DNA from: Bacteroidota bacterium
GTDB taxonomy: Bacteria > Bacteroidota > Bacteroidia > Bacteroidales > FEN-979
DNA: 64,000 nt
Reading direction: 5' to 3'
Assembly: GCA_026391805.1 (NCBI GenBank)
Contig: JAPLDJ010000011.1
Location: forward strand, 2,219-66,218
Shown here: piece after piece, positions 37,934 through 48,307 of the stretch
How positions within the stretch are numbered: the stretch's first letter is position 1
Layout of the letters: every line of letters starts with the position of its first letter
Made by a program: the position numbers and the translations under genes
The notes under the pieces: model-generated
Seen by the model: only the letters and a program-made list of their open reading frames with translations
What the model was told of the DNA's origin: nothing
Databases searched by the model: none

Positions 37934-40297
37934 ATGAAACAGTACCTTTTCCTGTTCCTGCTGATAAGTATTATCCTGATCAGCCTGCCGGTATCCGCTC
38001 AGAAAGAGAAGCCTAAAACCCATACCATCAGCGGGAGAGTAACCGATTCCCAGAATGGGGAAAGCCTCATCGGGGCCACGATCTATGTCAGTGAAATGAA
38101 AACCGGGGCGGTGTCCGATATCTACGGAAATTATTCCGTTACACTGCCTGTGGGGCAATATACCGTTGTGATCTCCTATATCGGTTATAGCACAGTTCAG
38201 AAAACCATAACCCTGGATAAAGATGTAACGCTGAAAGTGGAACTCTCCGTCCGGCAGGAAAACCTGAAGGAGGTTGAGATCTCAAGCGAGCGAAATAATA
38301 AAAATGTGCTGAGGCCGGAGATGAGCACCTTCAAGATGGACATCAAGACCATCGAAACCATTCCTGCACTTTTCGGTGAAGTGGATATCATTAAGGCCAT
38401 CCAGCTGCTTCCCGGGGTGCAGTCGGTCAGCGAAGGATCGAGCGGTTTCAGCGTGCGGGGCGGCGCACCGGATCAGAACCTTATCCTTCTCGACGGGGCC
38501 AATGTTTACAATGCCTCCCACATGCTCGGATTTTTTTCAGTGTTCAACAATGATGCAATCAAAGATGTTAAGCTTTACAAAGGTGATATTCCCCCGGCCT
38601 ACGGCGGCAGGCTCTCATCGGTGCTTGACATCCATATGGAAGAGGGCAATTCAAAGAAACTGGAGATCAACGGCGGTATCGGACTAATCTCCAGCCGGCT
38701 CACCATTGAAGCCCCCATCCTCAAAGACCGCTGTTCATTCATCGTTTCCGGCCGCAGGACCTATGCCGACCTTTATCTTCCCCTTTCCTCCAACAAGGCG
38801 CTGCAGAATAACAAGCTTTACTTCTATGATCTGAATGCCAAGATCAATTATAAGTTCGGAGACAAAGACCAGATCTTCCTTTCAGGATATTTCGGGAGGG
38901 ATGTATTTAAAAACCAGTTCGCCGGTATGCAATGGGGCAACGGCACCGGTACCCTGCGTTGGAACCACTTGTTCACGAAAAAGCTCTTTGGTAACTTTTC
39001 TGCCGTTTACAGTGATTACCGGTACCGGATCGACGGCGGAAGCGGCAGCGAAAGCGATGTTACGGCCTTTCAGTGGAACGCCAGCCTGAAGGATATCGGG
39101 GTGAAAGGAGATTTCAGCTATTTCGCGAATACCAAAAATACGATCAAATTCGGCGTGTCAGCCACCTACCATATCATCGATCCCGGCGTTGCAAAGGGCA
39201 CAGGTTCATCGGTGTTTAATGAAATCAGTGTTCAGCACAATTATGCACTTGAAACCGGGCTTTACGCCGGCAATGAAGAGCGCCTCGGAGATTATTTCAC
39301 CTTAAAATACGGACTGCGGTTCTCCATGTTCCAGAATGTCGGCCCGGATACCGTCTTTCAGTATGACGCCAATTACAATACCAGCGGAAATACGGCCTAC
39401 AACTCAGGAACATTTTATCATACCTATTACGGACTTGAACCCCGGGTGGGATTGCTTTTCTCCGTCAATGACAAATCTTCCGTAAAAGCCAGCTATTCCA
39501 GGACCAACCAGTACATGCAGCTCGCCCAGAATTCAACGGTCGGTACACCATTGGATATCTGGTTTCCTGCCAGTCCGAACGTAAAGCCCCAGATCAGCGA
39601 CCAGGTTGCACTGGGATATTTCAGGAATTTCAGGAGGAATACGATTGAAACCTCCTGCGAGGTCTATTACAAATGGATGCAGCATGTGATCGATTTCAAG
39701 GATTATGCGGTTCTGCTGCTCAACGACACGCTGGAAGGGCAGTTGAGAATTGGGAAAGCATGGTCGTATGGCGCAGAGTTCCTTGTCAGGCTGAATGAAA
39801 AGAAGCTGAACGGCTGGGTCAGTTATACCTATTCAAGGGTATTCCGGCAGGTGGCTGAGATTAACAACGGAAACTTCTATCCGGCGCCTTATGACAAGCC
39901 GCACAACGTTGCCATCGTTTTAAATTACAGGATCTCGAAGAGGTTCCTTGTTTCCGCGAACTGGGTCTATTCCACGGGGAATCCGTTGACGTTCCCCATT
40001 GGCAGGGCCGAGATCGGCGGAAAAATCTTTCCCATCTATTCTGATCGCAATGCTTACCGTTACCAGGCCTATCACCGACTGGACCTATCCATGACCTTTT
40101 ATTCGAAGCAGAAGCCCGGGCGGAAATTCGCCTGGGATCTGAATGCCTCCATCTACAATGTTTACAACCGGCATAACACCTGGTCCATTGAATTCGTGCA
40201 GGATAAGGTGAATCCGAATGTGACCAGTGCTGAAAGAGTCTATTTATTCGGGATCATACCCTCCGTCACCTTTAATTTCCATTTCAACAATGAATAA
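37934..40297 (+). CDS. TonB-dependent receptor
   Basis: GESLIGAT, IQLLPGV, VRGG..DQNLILLDG, YGGRLSSV, YHRLDLS. Confidence 0.92.
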   Translation: MKQYLFLFLLISIILISLPVSAQKEKPKTHTISGRVTDSQNGESLIGATIYVSEMKTGAVSDIYGNYSVTLPVGQYTVVISYIGYSTVQKTITLDKDVTLKVELSVRQENLKEVEISSERNNKNVLRPEMSTFKMDIKTIETIPALFGEVDIIKAIQLLPGVQSVSEGSSGFSVRGGAPDQNLILLDGANVYNASHMLGFFSVFNNDAIKDVKLYKGDIPPAYGGRLSSVLDIHMEEGNSKKLEINGGIGLISSRLTIEAPILKDRCSFIVSGRRTYADLYLPLSSNKALQNNKLYFYDLNAKINYKFGDKDQIFLSGYFGRDVFKNQFAGMQWGNGTGTLRWNHLFTKKLFGNFSAVYSDYRYRIDGGSGSESDVTAFQWNASLKDIGVKGDFSYFANTKNTIKFGVSATYHIIDPGVAKGTGSSVFNEISVQHNYALETGLYAGNEERLGDYFTLKYGLRFSMFQNVGPDTVFQYDANYNTSGNTAYNSGTFYHTYYGLEPRVGLLFSVNDKSSVKASYSRTNQYMQLAQNSTVGTPLDIWFPASPNVKPQISDQVALGYFRNFRRNTIETSCEVYYKWMQHVIDFKDYAVLLLNDTLEGQLRIGKAWSYGAEFLVRLNEKKLNGWVSYTYSRVFRQVAEINNGNFYPAPYDKPHNVAIVLNYRISKRFLVSANWVYSTGNPLTFPIGRAEIGGKIFPIYSDRNAYRYQAYHRLDLSMTFYSKQKPGRKFAWDLNASIYNVYNRHNTWSIEFVQDKVNPNVTSAERVYLFGIIPSVTFNFHFNNE

Positions 40298-41135
40298 GCG
40301 CTTCCTATACATCCTGGTTCTTGCAGCGGCAGCAGCATCCTGCACAGAGAAGATCGACCTGAAACTGGATTCGACCTATACGCGTCTTGTGGTCGACGGA
40401 CACATCACCTCCGATTCCATGGCTCACTTTATCAGCCTGACCAAAACCTCGGATTATTTTTCCAACCAGCCTTCGCCAAGGGTCACAAATGCGACACTGT
40501 CACTCAGTGACGGAACAAATACATTTCCTCTTACAGAGACCGTTCCGGGTCAGTCAGGCATTTACAGCACCGACCCGAAATTTGCAGGGATTATCGGGAA
40601 GACTTACACCCTGAATATCTCACTGCCGGAAGTCATTGCAGGCACGACTGAATACACCGCATCCTCCGAACTTATCGGGGTTACAAAGCTTGATTCGATT
40701 CAGGCTGTTTTCCGTTCAGATATCGGCAAGGATGGAATCTGGCAGGTGAAGGTATTTGCCCAGGATCCCCCTGGAAGCAGAAATTATTACATGATGAACC
40801 TTTACCGGAACCATAAGCTCTGGTCCGACACCATCACAAAAGTCGGGATCACCGATAACCAGTTCTTCGCCGGAAATTACATCCCGGGCGCCGATGCTTT
40901 TTACATCAACAACAGCAACAAGTGGGAAACCCTCTACCCCGGAGATACTGTCACGCTTGAGTTATCCGCGGTTACGAAAGAATATTATGATTTTATCGGC
41001 CAGGTCCAGTTCGCAGGCATCAGCATTCCTTTCTTCAGCGGCCCCCCCGCCAATGTTGTGGGTAATATCAGCAATGAAGGGGTTGGGTTCTTTGCGGCGT
41101 ACTCAAGCAGTTTTGCCTCGTGCATTGTTAAATAG
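40290..41135 (+). CDS. DUF4249-family lipoprotein
   Basis: Lipobox AASC, LVVDG, P.NVVGNI..GFF.A; follows a TonB receptor. Confidence 0.85.
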   Translation: MNKRFLYILVLAAAAASCTEKIDLKLDSTYTRLVVDGHITSDSMAHFISLTKTSDYFSNQPSPRVTNATLSLSDGTNTFPLTETVPGQSGIYSTDPKFAGIIGKTYTLNISLPEVIAGTTEYTASSELIGVTKLDSIQAVFRSDIGKDGIWQVKVFAQDPPGSRNYYMMNLYRNHKLWSDTITKVGITDNQFFAGNYIPGADAFYINNSNKWETLYPGDTVTLELSAVTKEYYDFIGQVQFAGISIPFFSGPPANVVGNISNEGVGFFAAYSSSFASCIVK

Positions 41136-41299
41136 CGAAATGGCGAGATAGCGAAAAGTCATAGGTCATGTGTCAAAAGTTGGAAAATATAGTCTGTGAC
41201 TAATCCCTGCCTGCGGCAGGCAGGTGTGAACATCTGTGTAATCTGTGGTGAAAAAAGAAACTTTAAGAACTTTATGAACTTTATGAACTTTATAAACTT
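41130..41299 (+). repeat. Composite mosaic: 8-mer, 7-mer, type A with palindrome (41206-41224), 9-mer AACTTTATG
   Basis: Same module order as 47446-47645. Confidence 0.88.
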
Positions 41300-42758
41300 A
41301 AAGAGAACCATCTTAGGCCTGTTTATACTGATTTCTTTTGAGGGTTTTTCACAATCGAAAGAGATGATTGAGAAGATCAAAGGCTCGTGGGCAGGACCTC
41401 TGAAAGTCGGGGCGGCAGAACTTACTGTTGTGATCAACATCACGGCGAATGAAAAAGACAGCCTGATCGTCACCATCGACAGTCCCGACCAGAGTGTTAA
41501 CGGCATTGCCACTTCGAAGGTCCGTGTCACCGGAGATTCGCTGATCGTCAAATCAAAAGTCCTGAAGGCGACTTACAAGGGTGCGTTCGGAAGTGATTTC
41601 ACGGAGTTAAAAGGCACCTGGACACAGTCTTTTACCGAATTTCCCCTGAATCTTCATCATTCCTTTGAGAAATACAGCGTCAAACGGCCGCAGGAGCCTA
41701 AACCTCCTTATCCGTACATTGAAAAAGAGGTTGTCATTAAAAACGAAAAAGCGGGTGTTGACCTCGCCGGGACCCTGACCCTGCCGGAACAGGGCGGACC
41801 TTTTCCTGCAGTGATCCTGATCACCGGATCGGGGACTCAGAACCGGGATGAGGAGATGATGGGGCATAAGCCATTTCTCCTTCTGGCAGATTATCTTACA
41901 CGAAGAGGGATCGCCGTGCTGCGTTGTGATGACCGTGGTTTTGGTAAATCAACCGGGACGATGAATGCCGGGACGACCCTTGATTTTGTCTCCGATGTTG
42001 TTGCTGAATTTAATTTCCTGAAGATGCAGAAGGAGATCGATACCACGCGGATTGGTCTTGCCGGTCACAGTGAAGGCGGGCTGATTGCTCCTATCGTGGC
42101 CTCAAAGCAAAAGGATGTGGCTTTTATCATACTTCTTGCAGGGCCGGGCGTTACGGGCGAACAGATCCTTCTGCTGCAAACGGCGCTGTTAAACCGAAAA
42201 GCCGGGTTGAGCGAAAAAGACATTGAATTCGAGGCCAAACTGAGAACAAAGATCTATACTGCGATCAGGAAGAACAACGATAATGAAAAAGCCGCCAAAC
42301 AGATCAAACTGATCCTGAAGTCTGCCAAAAAGAAAAACCCAGATGGGAATGGCCTCGTTAAGATCACGGATCAGCAAGCCGACCTTTTTATCCAGCAATG
42401 CACCACGCCATGGTTCAGGATGTTCCTTGTCCTGGATCCGGTCGATTACCTTTCACAAACGAAATGTCCCGTTCTGGCGCTGAATGGTTCGCTGGATCTC
42501 CAGGTCCCGGCAAAGGAGAACCTCAAGGCCATTGAGAAAGCGCTGATATACGGCGGAAATTCACAATACACCATCGAAGAGATTCCGGGGCTCAACCATC
42601 TCTTCCAGCATGCCACAACCGGAAACATAGATGAATACGGGAAGATTGAAGAAACAATGTCGCCGGAGGTGCTGGAGAAGGTTGCCGACTGGATCAGCAA
42701 AATAGCGAAAAGCGAAATAGTGAAAAGCTCTGTGAGCCTCTGTGTCTTCTCTGTGTAA
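41274..42758 (+). CDS. Secreted alpha/beta hydrolase (serine peptidase/esterase-like)
   Basis: RPQEP, GSG.QNRDE, GHSEGG nucleophile, NGSLDLQV, NHLFQ; start at 41274 or 41283. Confidence 0.9.
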   Translation: MNFMNFINLKRTILGLFILISFEGFSQSKEMIEKIKGSWAGPLKVGAAELTVVINITANEKDSLIVTIDSPDQSVNGIATSKVRVTGDSLIVKSKVLKATYKGAFGSDFTELKGTWTQSFTEFPLNLHHSFEKYSVKRPQEPKPPYPYIEKEVVIKNEKAGVDLAGTLTLPEQGGPFPAVILITGSGTQNRDEEMMGHKPFLLLADYLTRRGIAVLRCDDRGFGKSTGTMNAGTTLDFVSDVVAEFNFLKMQKEIDTTRIGLAGHSEGGLIAPIVASKQKDVAFIILLAGPGVTGEQILLLQTALLNRKAGLSEKDIEFEAKLRTKIYTAIRKNNDNEKAAKQIKLILKSAKKKNPDGNGLVKITDQQADLFIQQCTTPWFRMFLVLDPVDYLSQTKCPVLALNGSLDLQVPAKENLKAIEKALIYGGNSQYTIEEIPGLNHLFQHATTGNIDEYGKIEETMSPEVLEKVADWISKIAKSEIVKSSVSLCVFSV

Positions 42759-42783
42759 CTCTGTGTAATAATTTTTATAGAAA

Positions 42784-42815
42784 AAAAGAGGCCAACATTT
42801 CTGAAGGCCTCTTTT
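42784..42815. terminator. Probable bidirectional terminator
   Basis: AAAAGAGGCC...GGCCTCTTTT between convergent genes. Confidence 0.65.
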
Positions 42816-42835
42816 GCTTTTAAATAAGTTTCCGG

Positions 42836-44950
42836 TTATTTCACAACGATCATTTTGCGGGTGAGTTTTCCGGTGGAAGATTGCAGGGTGTAATAATAAA
42901 CTCCTGCATTAAAACCGGAAATGGACACTGTCACGTTGCTGGTTCCTGCCGGGTAAACGCCGTCACTGATATGGCTGATCATTCTGCCATTCACATCATA
43001 CAGATCCAGCGAAATGCGGTCAGACGCCGGAAGTGAGAAGGAGATGACGGTCTGGTCAGCGGCCGGATTCGGCATGTTCTGGCTAAGTGTAACATTTCCT
43101 TTCGAAGAATTTTCATTCACCCCGACGGCATAATCCATGAACCAGTGCCATGCCCTGTTGATGACATCGTTGGCTACAGCGGTGGTCTGGATCATCTCCA
43201 GGCCGAAGCCGAAGTAACATATTTTCGCGCCATTCTTCACAGTGCGGATGGCAGAAATTTTCGACAGTGCCGTATTGTAATAGAATGTTGTTGTTGCATC
43301 TGCCAGGGGCGCAATCTGGTCGGGGTACATGTATCCTCCAAACACATCCACGACATTCGATGTAGCTACCATTCCGAAAACAGAATCGCTCACATTTGCG
43401 ACCATCTTGTTGTTGGCTGTGCTTCCGTCGTCGATCCATTGTGCCTCCAGGTAGTTGGTATAGAGGTCCTGGGTTGCTGTGGTTCCGTGGCTTCCGCTCT
43501 GTCCGCTCATGATGTCCCAGCCAATATCCTGTCCTGCGACCAGTACATCCCCTCCCCCATTGATAAAGGCTTTCAGCGCAGTGGCTTCCGGATCGGTGAA
43601 GGCAGGGAAGGTCCAGGATACGTTGTAAAAAATATCCTTTACCTCGGTAAGAATTGCAGCATGTGATGCCCTGACAAAAAGATCGGATGCCATCACCGCA
43701 TTGTAGGTGCTTCCGGCGGCCAACAGTCCGTTCACATAAACTGCCTGGTGTTGCTTTGCAATACCATCGCCGGCAGCATTAACCAGCAGGGTATTCACGT
43801 TCGACAGAACATAAACAGTAAAATATTTGGTCGGCGCATTCGGATTGTTCACCGATCTCATCTCCAGCGTGTAGGAATAAAATCCAGAAGTATCACCGGG
43901 TATGACCTCCAGTTCGAAATCCTTTGCCGTTCCTTTTACAAGGTTCATGGCAACACTGTCGGGATAGGGATTGGCATCCACGGTGAGGTGTGCGCTCCAG
44001 TCCGACGGTGCATTTGAAACCAGTTTGACAATGAATGGCTCACTCCCCGTCAGGTTGCTGTTGGCCTGAAGTGAAAATACAGTACTGGTTGCGGGGTGAC
44101 CCAGCGCCATTGTGCTGTCGGAGGTTGTGATATCTCCTACGTAAAGGTTCGTTCCGCCGATGGCATCAACAACATCGCCGGAGAGAATTTCCTGGTGGCT
44201 TTCGGTAACAAATGCAACCACCTGGCATTTTGAAACGATGCAGGGAATACTGTTATAATCTGCAGGAACTGTATAAGTGTAAGTTTTCTCCACCAGAGAA
44301 CCTGTTGTGGTCGTCGTGACTGCATCGCCCCATTGCCCAGTGATCAGGTAACGCAGCATATGCATATGTTCATAATTGTTGCCTGCGCCGCCACCGGTTT
44401 GCGGACCAAAGATATGATCCTGGATCAAAGCAACGTTGATGTAATTCGTTGTAGTGGCGCTGTTCCCGGTATAGTAAAGCTCAACATGCACAGTAAGTTC
44501 GCGGGTTAAACTGTCGAAACCGGAGGTGATCCCCACGTTAACCGGCGAAACCTGTCCGAGAATGATGTTTGAAGAATTTGTCCAGTCCCCCCTGCCGAGG
44601 GCGGTTATTCCTCCCATGAAAACATGCCGGTTGACGGTCCCGGAAGGATAGCCTGAGAGGCCTGTCTGCGCTGCAAGCGGATCGCCGAAAGGGGTACGAT
44701 AGTCAGGCTCACTTCCGCTCGGGACGGCATAAGAACCCTGGTGAACGGAAATCACCGCTGCCCTGCCGGGATTGTTGTTAAGGATCGCCTGTGCGATCAC
44801 ATGTCCCTCCGGACAGTACTGGCAATGGATCCCGGTATAGTCTTCAAGGACGACATTTTTGTTCAGCGTGTTCGTGGTCACGAGGGTCTGCCCGCTCGCC
44901 GCGAAGAAAAAGGCAATAATTAAGGAGAATGTGGTAAAAATCTTTTTCAT
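42836..44950 (-). CDS. Omp28-related protein with T9SS type A CTD
   Basis: VVLEDYTGIHCQYCP, GYPSGTVNR, HMHMLR; QNMPNPA...GVYYY...KMIV. Confidence 0.88.
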   Translation of the reverse strand: MKKIFTTFSLIIAFFFAASGQTLVTTNTLNKNVVLEDYTGIHCQYCPEGHVIAQAILNNNPGRAAVISVHQGSYAVPSGSEPDYRTPFGDPLAAQTGLSGYPSGTVNRHVFMGGITALGRGDWTNSSNIILGQVSPVNVGITSGFDSLTRELTVHVELYYTGNSATTTNYINVALIQDHIFGPQTGGGAGNNYEHMHMLRYLITGQWGDAVTTTTTGSLVEKTYTYTVPADYNSIPCIVSKCQVVAFVTESHQEILSGDVVDAIGGTNLYVGDITTSDSTMALGHPATSTVFSLQANSNLTGSEPFIVKLVSNAPSDWSAHLTVDANPYPDSVAMNLVKGTAKDFELEVIPGDTSGFYSYTLEMRSVNNPNAPTKYFTVYVLSNVNTLLVNAAGDGIAKQHQAVYVNGLLAAGSTYNAVMASDLFVRASHAAILTEVKDIFYNVSWTFPAFTDPEATALKAFINGGGDVLVAGQDIGWDIMSGQSGSHGTTATQDLYTNYLEAQWIDDGSTANNKMVANVSDSVFGMVATSNVVDVFGGYMYPDQIAPLADATTTFYYNTALSKISAIRTVKNGAKICYFGFGLEMIQTTAVANDVINRAWHWFMDYAVGVNENSSKGNVTLSQNMPNPAADQTVISFSLPASDRISLDLYDVNGRMISHISDGVYPAGTSNVTVSISGFNAGVYYYTLQSSTGKLTRKMIVVK

Positions 44951-45095
44951 GGTGAAGGATTTTGATTTCAGTTTAGATTCATGACAAAAGTACAATTATT
45001 CATCAACCGTCGGACTGATGGAATTCCAATTTTTACTAACTTTGATTACTTTTAAAAGCGAACAGTGAATACTGAACAAATAACAACTAACAGCT

Positions 45096-46445
45096 ATGGC
45101 GAGTTCTTTGGATGCAATCTCCCCCATTGACGGACGCTACCGGAAAGTGACGGAGCCGCTGGCGGCTTTTTTTTCCGAATCCGCGGTCATCCGTTACCGT
45201 ATCCTTGTGGAAGTGGAATATTTCATCTCCCTTTGTTCGATTCCTCTTCCGCAACTGAAAGGATTCAATAAGAAGTTCTTCCCGGAACTGAGGTCGCTTT
45301 ACAAGCAATTCCAGCCGGAATATGCTGTCAGGGTAAAGGAAATCGAAAAGATTACAAACCATGATGTGAAAGCCATTGAATACATCCTGCGGGAGAAATT
45401 CGATGAGTTCGGGATCGGTCAGTACAAGGAATTCATTCATTTCGGGCTGACATCGCAGGACATCAACAACACGGCGTTTCCGCTTGCGCTGAAAGAGGCT
45501 TTCCTTGATGTTTACAAGCCGATGCTGGACGAGATCCTCGCAGTGCTGAAGCAGAAAAGCAAAGAATGGAAAAAGGTTCCGATGCTGGCGCGTACGCACG
45601 GGCAGCCGGCATCGCCCACCACGATCGGGAAAGAACTGTATGTTTTTGCAGAGCGGCTGGAAAAGCAGATGAACCTGCTGGAGACGATCCCTTCTTCGGC
45701 AAAATTCGGCGGGGCCACCGGAAATTTCAATGCCCACCATGTGGCGTATCCTTCCATCGACTGGATCGGGTTTGCGGACAAGTTTGTGCAGGAATCGCTG
45801 GGACTTGAGCGGTCGACCACTACCACCCAGATCGAGCATTACGACAATCTGGCCGCCCTGTTCGATAACCTGAAACGGATCAACACCATCCTGATCGATT
45901 TTTCAAGGGATATCTGGACCTACATCTCGATGGATTATTTCCGGCAGAAGGTAAAAAAGAGTGAAGTCGGCTCATCAGCCATGCCACACAAGGTGAACCC
46001 GATCGATTTTGAGAATGCGGAGGGAAACCTCGGGATGGCCAATGCCATCTTTGAACACCTGTCGGCCAAGCTGCCGGTATCGCGCCTGCAGCGCGACCTT
46101 ACCGATTCCACCGTGATCCGGAATACAGGAGTGCCACTGGCCCATTCGGTGATCGCCTTCCGTTCGCTGCTCAAGGGCATCGACAAGCTGATCCTTCATG
46201 AAGAAAAGATGGAAAAGGACCTTGACGAGAACTGGGCCGTGGTTTCAGAAGCCATCCAGACCATCCTCAGGCGGGAGAATTACCCTGACCCCTTCGAAGC
46301 ACTGAAAGGGCTGACCCGTGGAAAATCGAAAATCGATAAAAAGATGCTGCATAAATTCATCGACGGACTCGACGTTCCCGTCAAAATAAAAAATGAATTA
46401 AAGAAGATCACACCGGCCAACTATACCGGGATCATCCCGTTCTGA
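45096..46445 (+). CDS. purB: Adenylosuccinate lyase
   Basis: SPIDGRY, TNHDVKA, RTHGQ, GSSAMPHKVNPIDFEN. Confidence 0.97.
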   Translation: MASSLDAISPIDGRYRKVTEPLAAFFSESAVIRYRILVEVEYFISLCSIPLPQLKGFNKKFFPELRSLYKQFQPEYAVRVKEIEKITNHDVKAIEYILREKFDEFGIGQYKEFIHFGLTSQDINNTAFPLALKEAFLDVYKPMLDEILAVLKQKSKEWKKVPMLARTHGQPASPTTIGKELYVFAERLEKQMNLLETIPSSAKFGGATGNFNAHHVAYPSIDWIGFADKFVQESLGLERSTTTTQIEHYDNLAALFDNLKRINTILIDFSRDIWTYISMDYFRQKVKKSEVGSSAMPHKVNPIDFENAEGNLGMANAIFEHLSAKLPVSRLQRDLTDSTVIRNTGVPLAHSVIAFRSLLKGIDKLILHEEKMEKDLDENWAVVSEAIQTILRRENYPDPFEALKGLTRGKSKIDKKMLHKFIDGLDVPVKIKNELKKITPANYTGIIPF

Positions 46446-46470
46446 TTCAGAAGTATCTTTACATATTTGA

Positions 46471-46560
46471 TAAGCGATAAGCGATAAGCGATAGGCGATA
46501 GGCGATAGGCGATAGGCGATAAGCGAAAAGCGAAAAGCGAAAAGCGAAAAGTGAAAAGTC
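46471..46560 (+). repeat. 12-unit heptamer array
   Basis: (TAAGCGA)3(TAGGCGA)4(TAAGCGA)(AAAGCGA)3(AAAGTGA). Confidence 0.95.
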
Positions 46561-46587
46561 AAAAAAATTAATACAGGCATAGGAAGG

Positions 46588-47460
46588 ATGAAAGTCAGTG
46601 GCTTCACCATTGTCAGAAATGCCATTAAATACGATTACCCGGTGGTGGAGTCGATCTGCTCGATCCTTCCCCTGTGCGACGAAATGGTTGTTGCCGTTGG
46701 AAATTCTGATGACGGCACACGGGTGCTGGTGGAATCGATTGGTTCTGACAAGATCCGGATCCTCGATACCGTGTGGGACGAATCGCTGCGGAAAGGAGGC
46801 GAGGTCCTTGCCGTCGAAACAAACAAGGCCTTTGATGCCATTTCCCCCGAAAGCACATGGGCCGTTTACATCCAGGCCGACGAGGTTTTGCATGAAGCAT
46901 CTTATGAAATTTTGCGAAAGGCAATGGAAACCCGTAAAGATCATCCTGAAGTAGAAGGCTTTGTTTTTGATTACCGGCACTTCTTCGGTTCGTATGATTT
47001 CATCGCCGATTCACGCGACTGGTACCGGCGGGAAGTCCGGATCATCAGGAACAACAAGGCAATCCGCTCCTATAAAGATGCACAGGGATTCCGCAGGGAA
47101 GGGAAGAAACTTAATGTGAAAACCACCTGCGCCGTGATGTGCCATTACGGATGGGTCAAGCCTCCTGAATCGATTCGGTCGAAACTGGAATACTTCCATA
47201 CACTCTGGCACGATAAAGAATGGATGGAGAAGAACAGGGAGCAGGCGGGTTCGTTTGATTATTCCCAGATCGATTCACTTTCAAGGTTCAATGGAACTCA
47301 TCCCGAAACCATGAAGAAAAGAATAGCGGAAAAGAACTGGGAATTCACCTTCGACCCGACAAAGAAAAAGTTCCCGCCAGTCGCAAGAATGTTGCATGCG
47401 ATTGAGAAGGTGACAGGCTGGAGGGTTGGGGAGTACAAGAATTATAAAATAGCGAAGTAG
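46588..47460 (+). CDS. Glycosyltransferase family 2
   Basis: SGFTIVRNA, GNSDDGT, YIQADE, HYGWV. Confidence 0.88.
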   Translation: MKVSGFTIVRNAIKYDYPVVESICSILPLCDEMVVAVGNSDDGTRVLVESIGSDKIRILDTVWDESLRKGGEVLAVETNKAFDAISPESTWAVYIQADEVLHEASYEILRKAMETRKDHPEVEGFVFDYRHFFGSYDFIADSRDWYRREVRIIRNNKAIRSYKDAQGFRREGKKLNVKTTCAVMCHYGWVKPPESIRSKLEYFHTLWHDKEWMEKNREQAGSFDYSQIDSLSRFNGTHPETMKKRIAEKNWEFTFDPTKKKFPPVARMLHAIEKVTGWRVGEYKNYKIAK

Positions 47461-47645
47461 CGAAATAGCGAAAAGTCATATGTCATATGTCATATGTCAT
47501 AAGGTCTCAAAGTTTGTCTGTGACTAATCCCTGCCTGCGGCAGGCAGGTGTGAAAATCTGTGGAATCTGTGGTGAAAAACAAATAGCTAAATCGTGAAAT
47601 TGAGAAATAGCGAAAGAAAGAACTTTACAAACTTTATAAACTAAA
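47446..47645 (+). repeat. Composite mosaic: 8-mer, GTCATAT 7-mer, type A with palindrome (47530-47548), 8-mer, AACTTTA
   Basis: Aligns with 41130-41299. Confidence 0.88.
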
Positions 47646-47705
47646 CCCCTTATTTCATAAACATTTTAGGGATAATCTTCTTAAATTTGTAAAAAATATC
47701 ACTCT

Positions 47706-48266
47706 ATGGATCTAAGTAAGATTTTATCGATCTCGGGTAAGCACGGATTGTTTAAGGTTGTTTCGCAGCTGAAGAATGCAGTCCTTGTTGAATCAATCAT
47801 TGACCAGAAAAGGTTTCCGGCATTCGCACATGAGAAGATCAGCTCGCTGGAAGAGATCGCTGTGTTTACTGCAACGGAAGACAAGCCGCTGAAGGATATC
47901 CTGAAGGCCATGTACGAGAAGCAGGAAGGGAAACCTGGCCCCGATGTAAAATCAGACAATAAGGTACTGCAGGCATTTTTCCAGGAAGTGGTTCCGGATT
48001 ATGACACGGAAAGGGTTTACGTTTCCGACATCCGGAAGATCATTGGCTGGTATAATCTCCTGGCAGAAAATAATCTGCTCGATTTTACCGAAAAAGAGGA
48101 GGGAAAAGCGGAAGAAAAAGCACCGGAACCGGCCGAAACTGCAGAAGAACCTGTGAAGGAGAGTCCAAAGAAAAGGAAAGCTGCAGAAGTAAAGGAAGAA
48201 ACGAGTGAACCGGAGAAGAAGAAAGCGCCTGCTGCAAAGAAAAAATCTAAACCGGATCAGTCATAA
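47706..48266 (+). CDS. DUF5606-like conserved protein
   Basis: ILSISGK.GLFK, ISSLEEIA, PDYD.ERVYVSDI.K...WYNLL; low-complexity tail. Confidence 0.85.
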   Translation: MDLSKILSISGKHGLFKVVSQLKNAVLVESIIDQKRFPAFAHEKISSLEEIAVFTATEDKPLKDILKAMYEKQEGKPGPDVKSDNKVLQAFFQEVVPDYDTERVYVSDIRKIIGWYNLLAENNLLDFTEKEEGKAEEKAPEPAETAEEPVKESPKKRKAAEVKEETSEPEKKKAPAAKKKSKPDQS

Positions 48267-48307
48267 ATTATCCCGGGAATAAATTCCAGCCATAATAACC
48301 AACGTAG

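Noticed and set aside
46398-46980. Minus-strand ORFs with FRFSL/AYRLS repeats
   Set aside because: Translations of the heptamer array, overlapping GT2 antisense.
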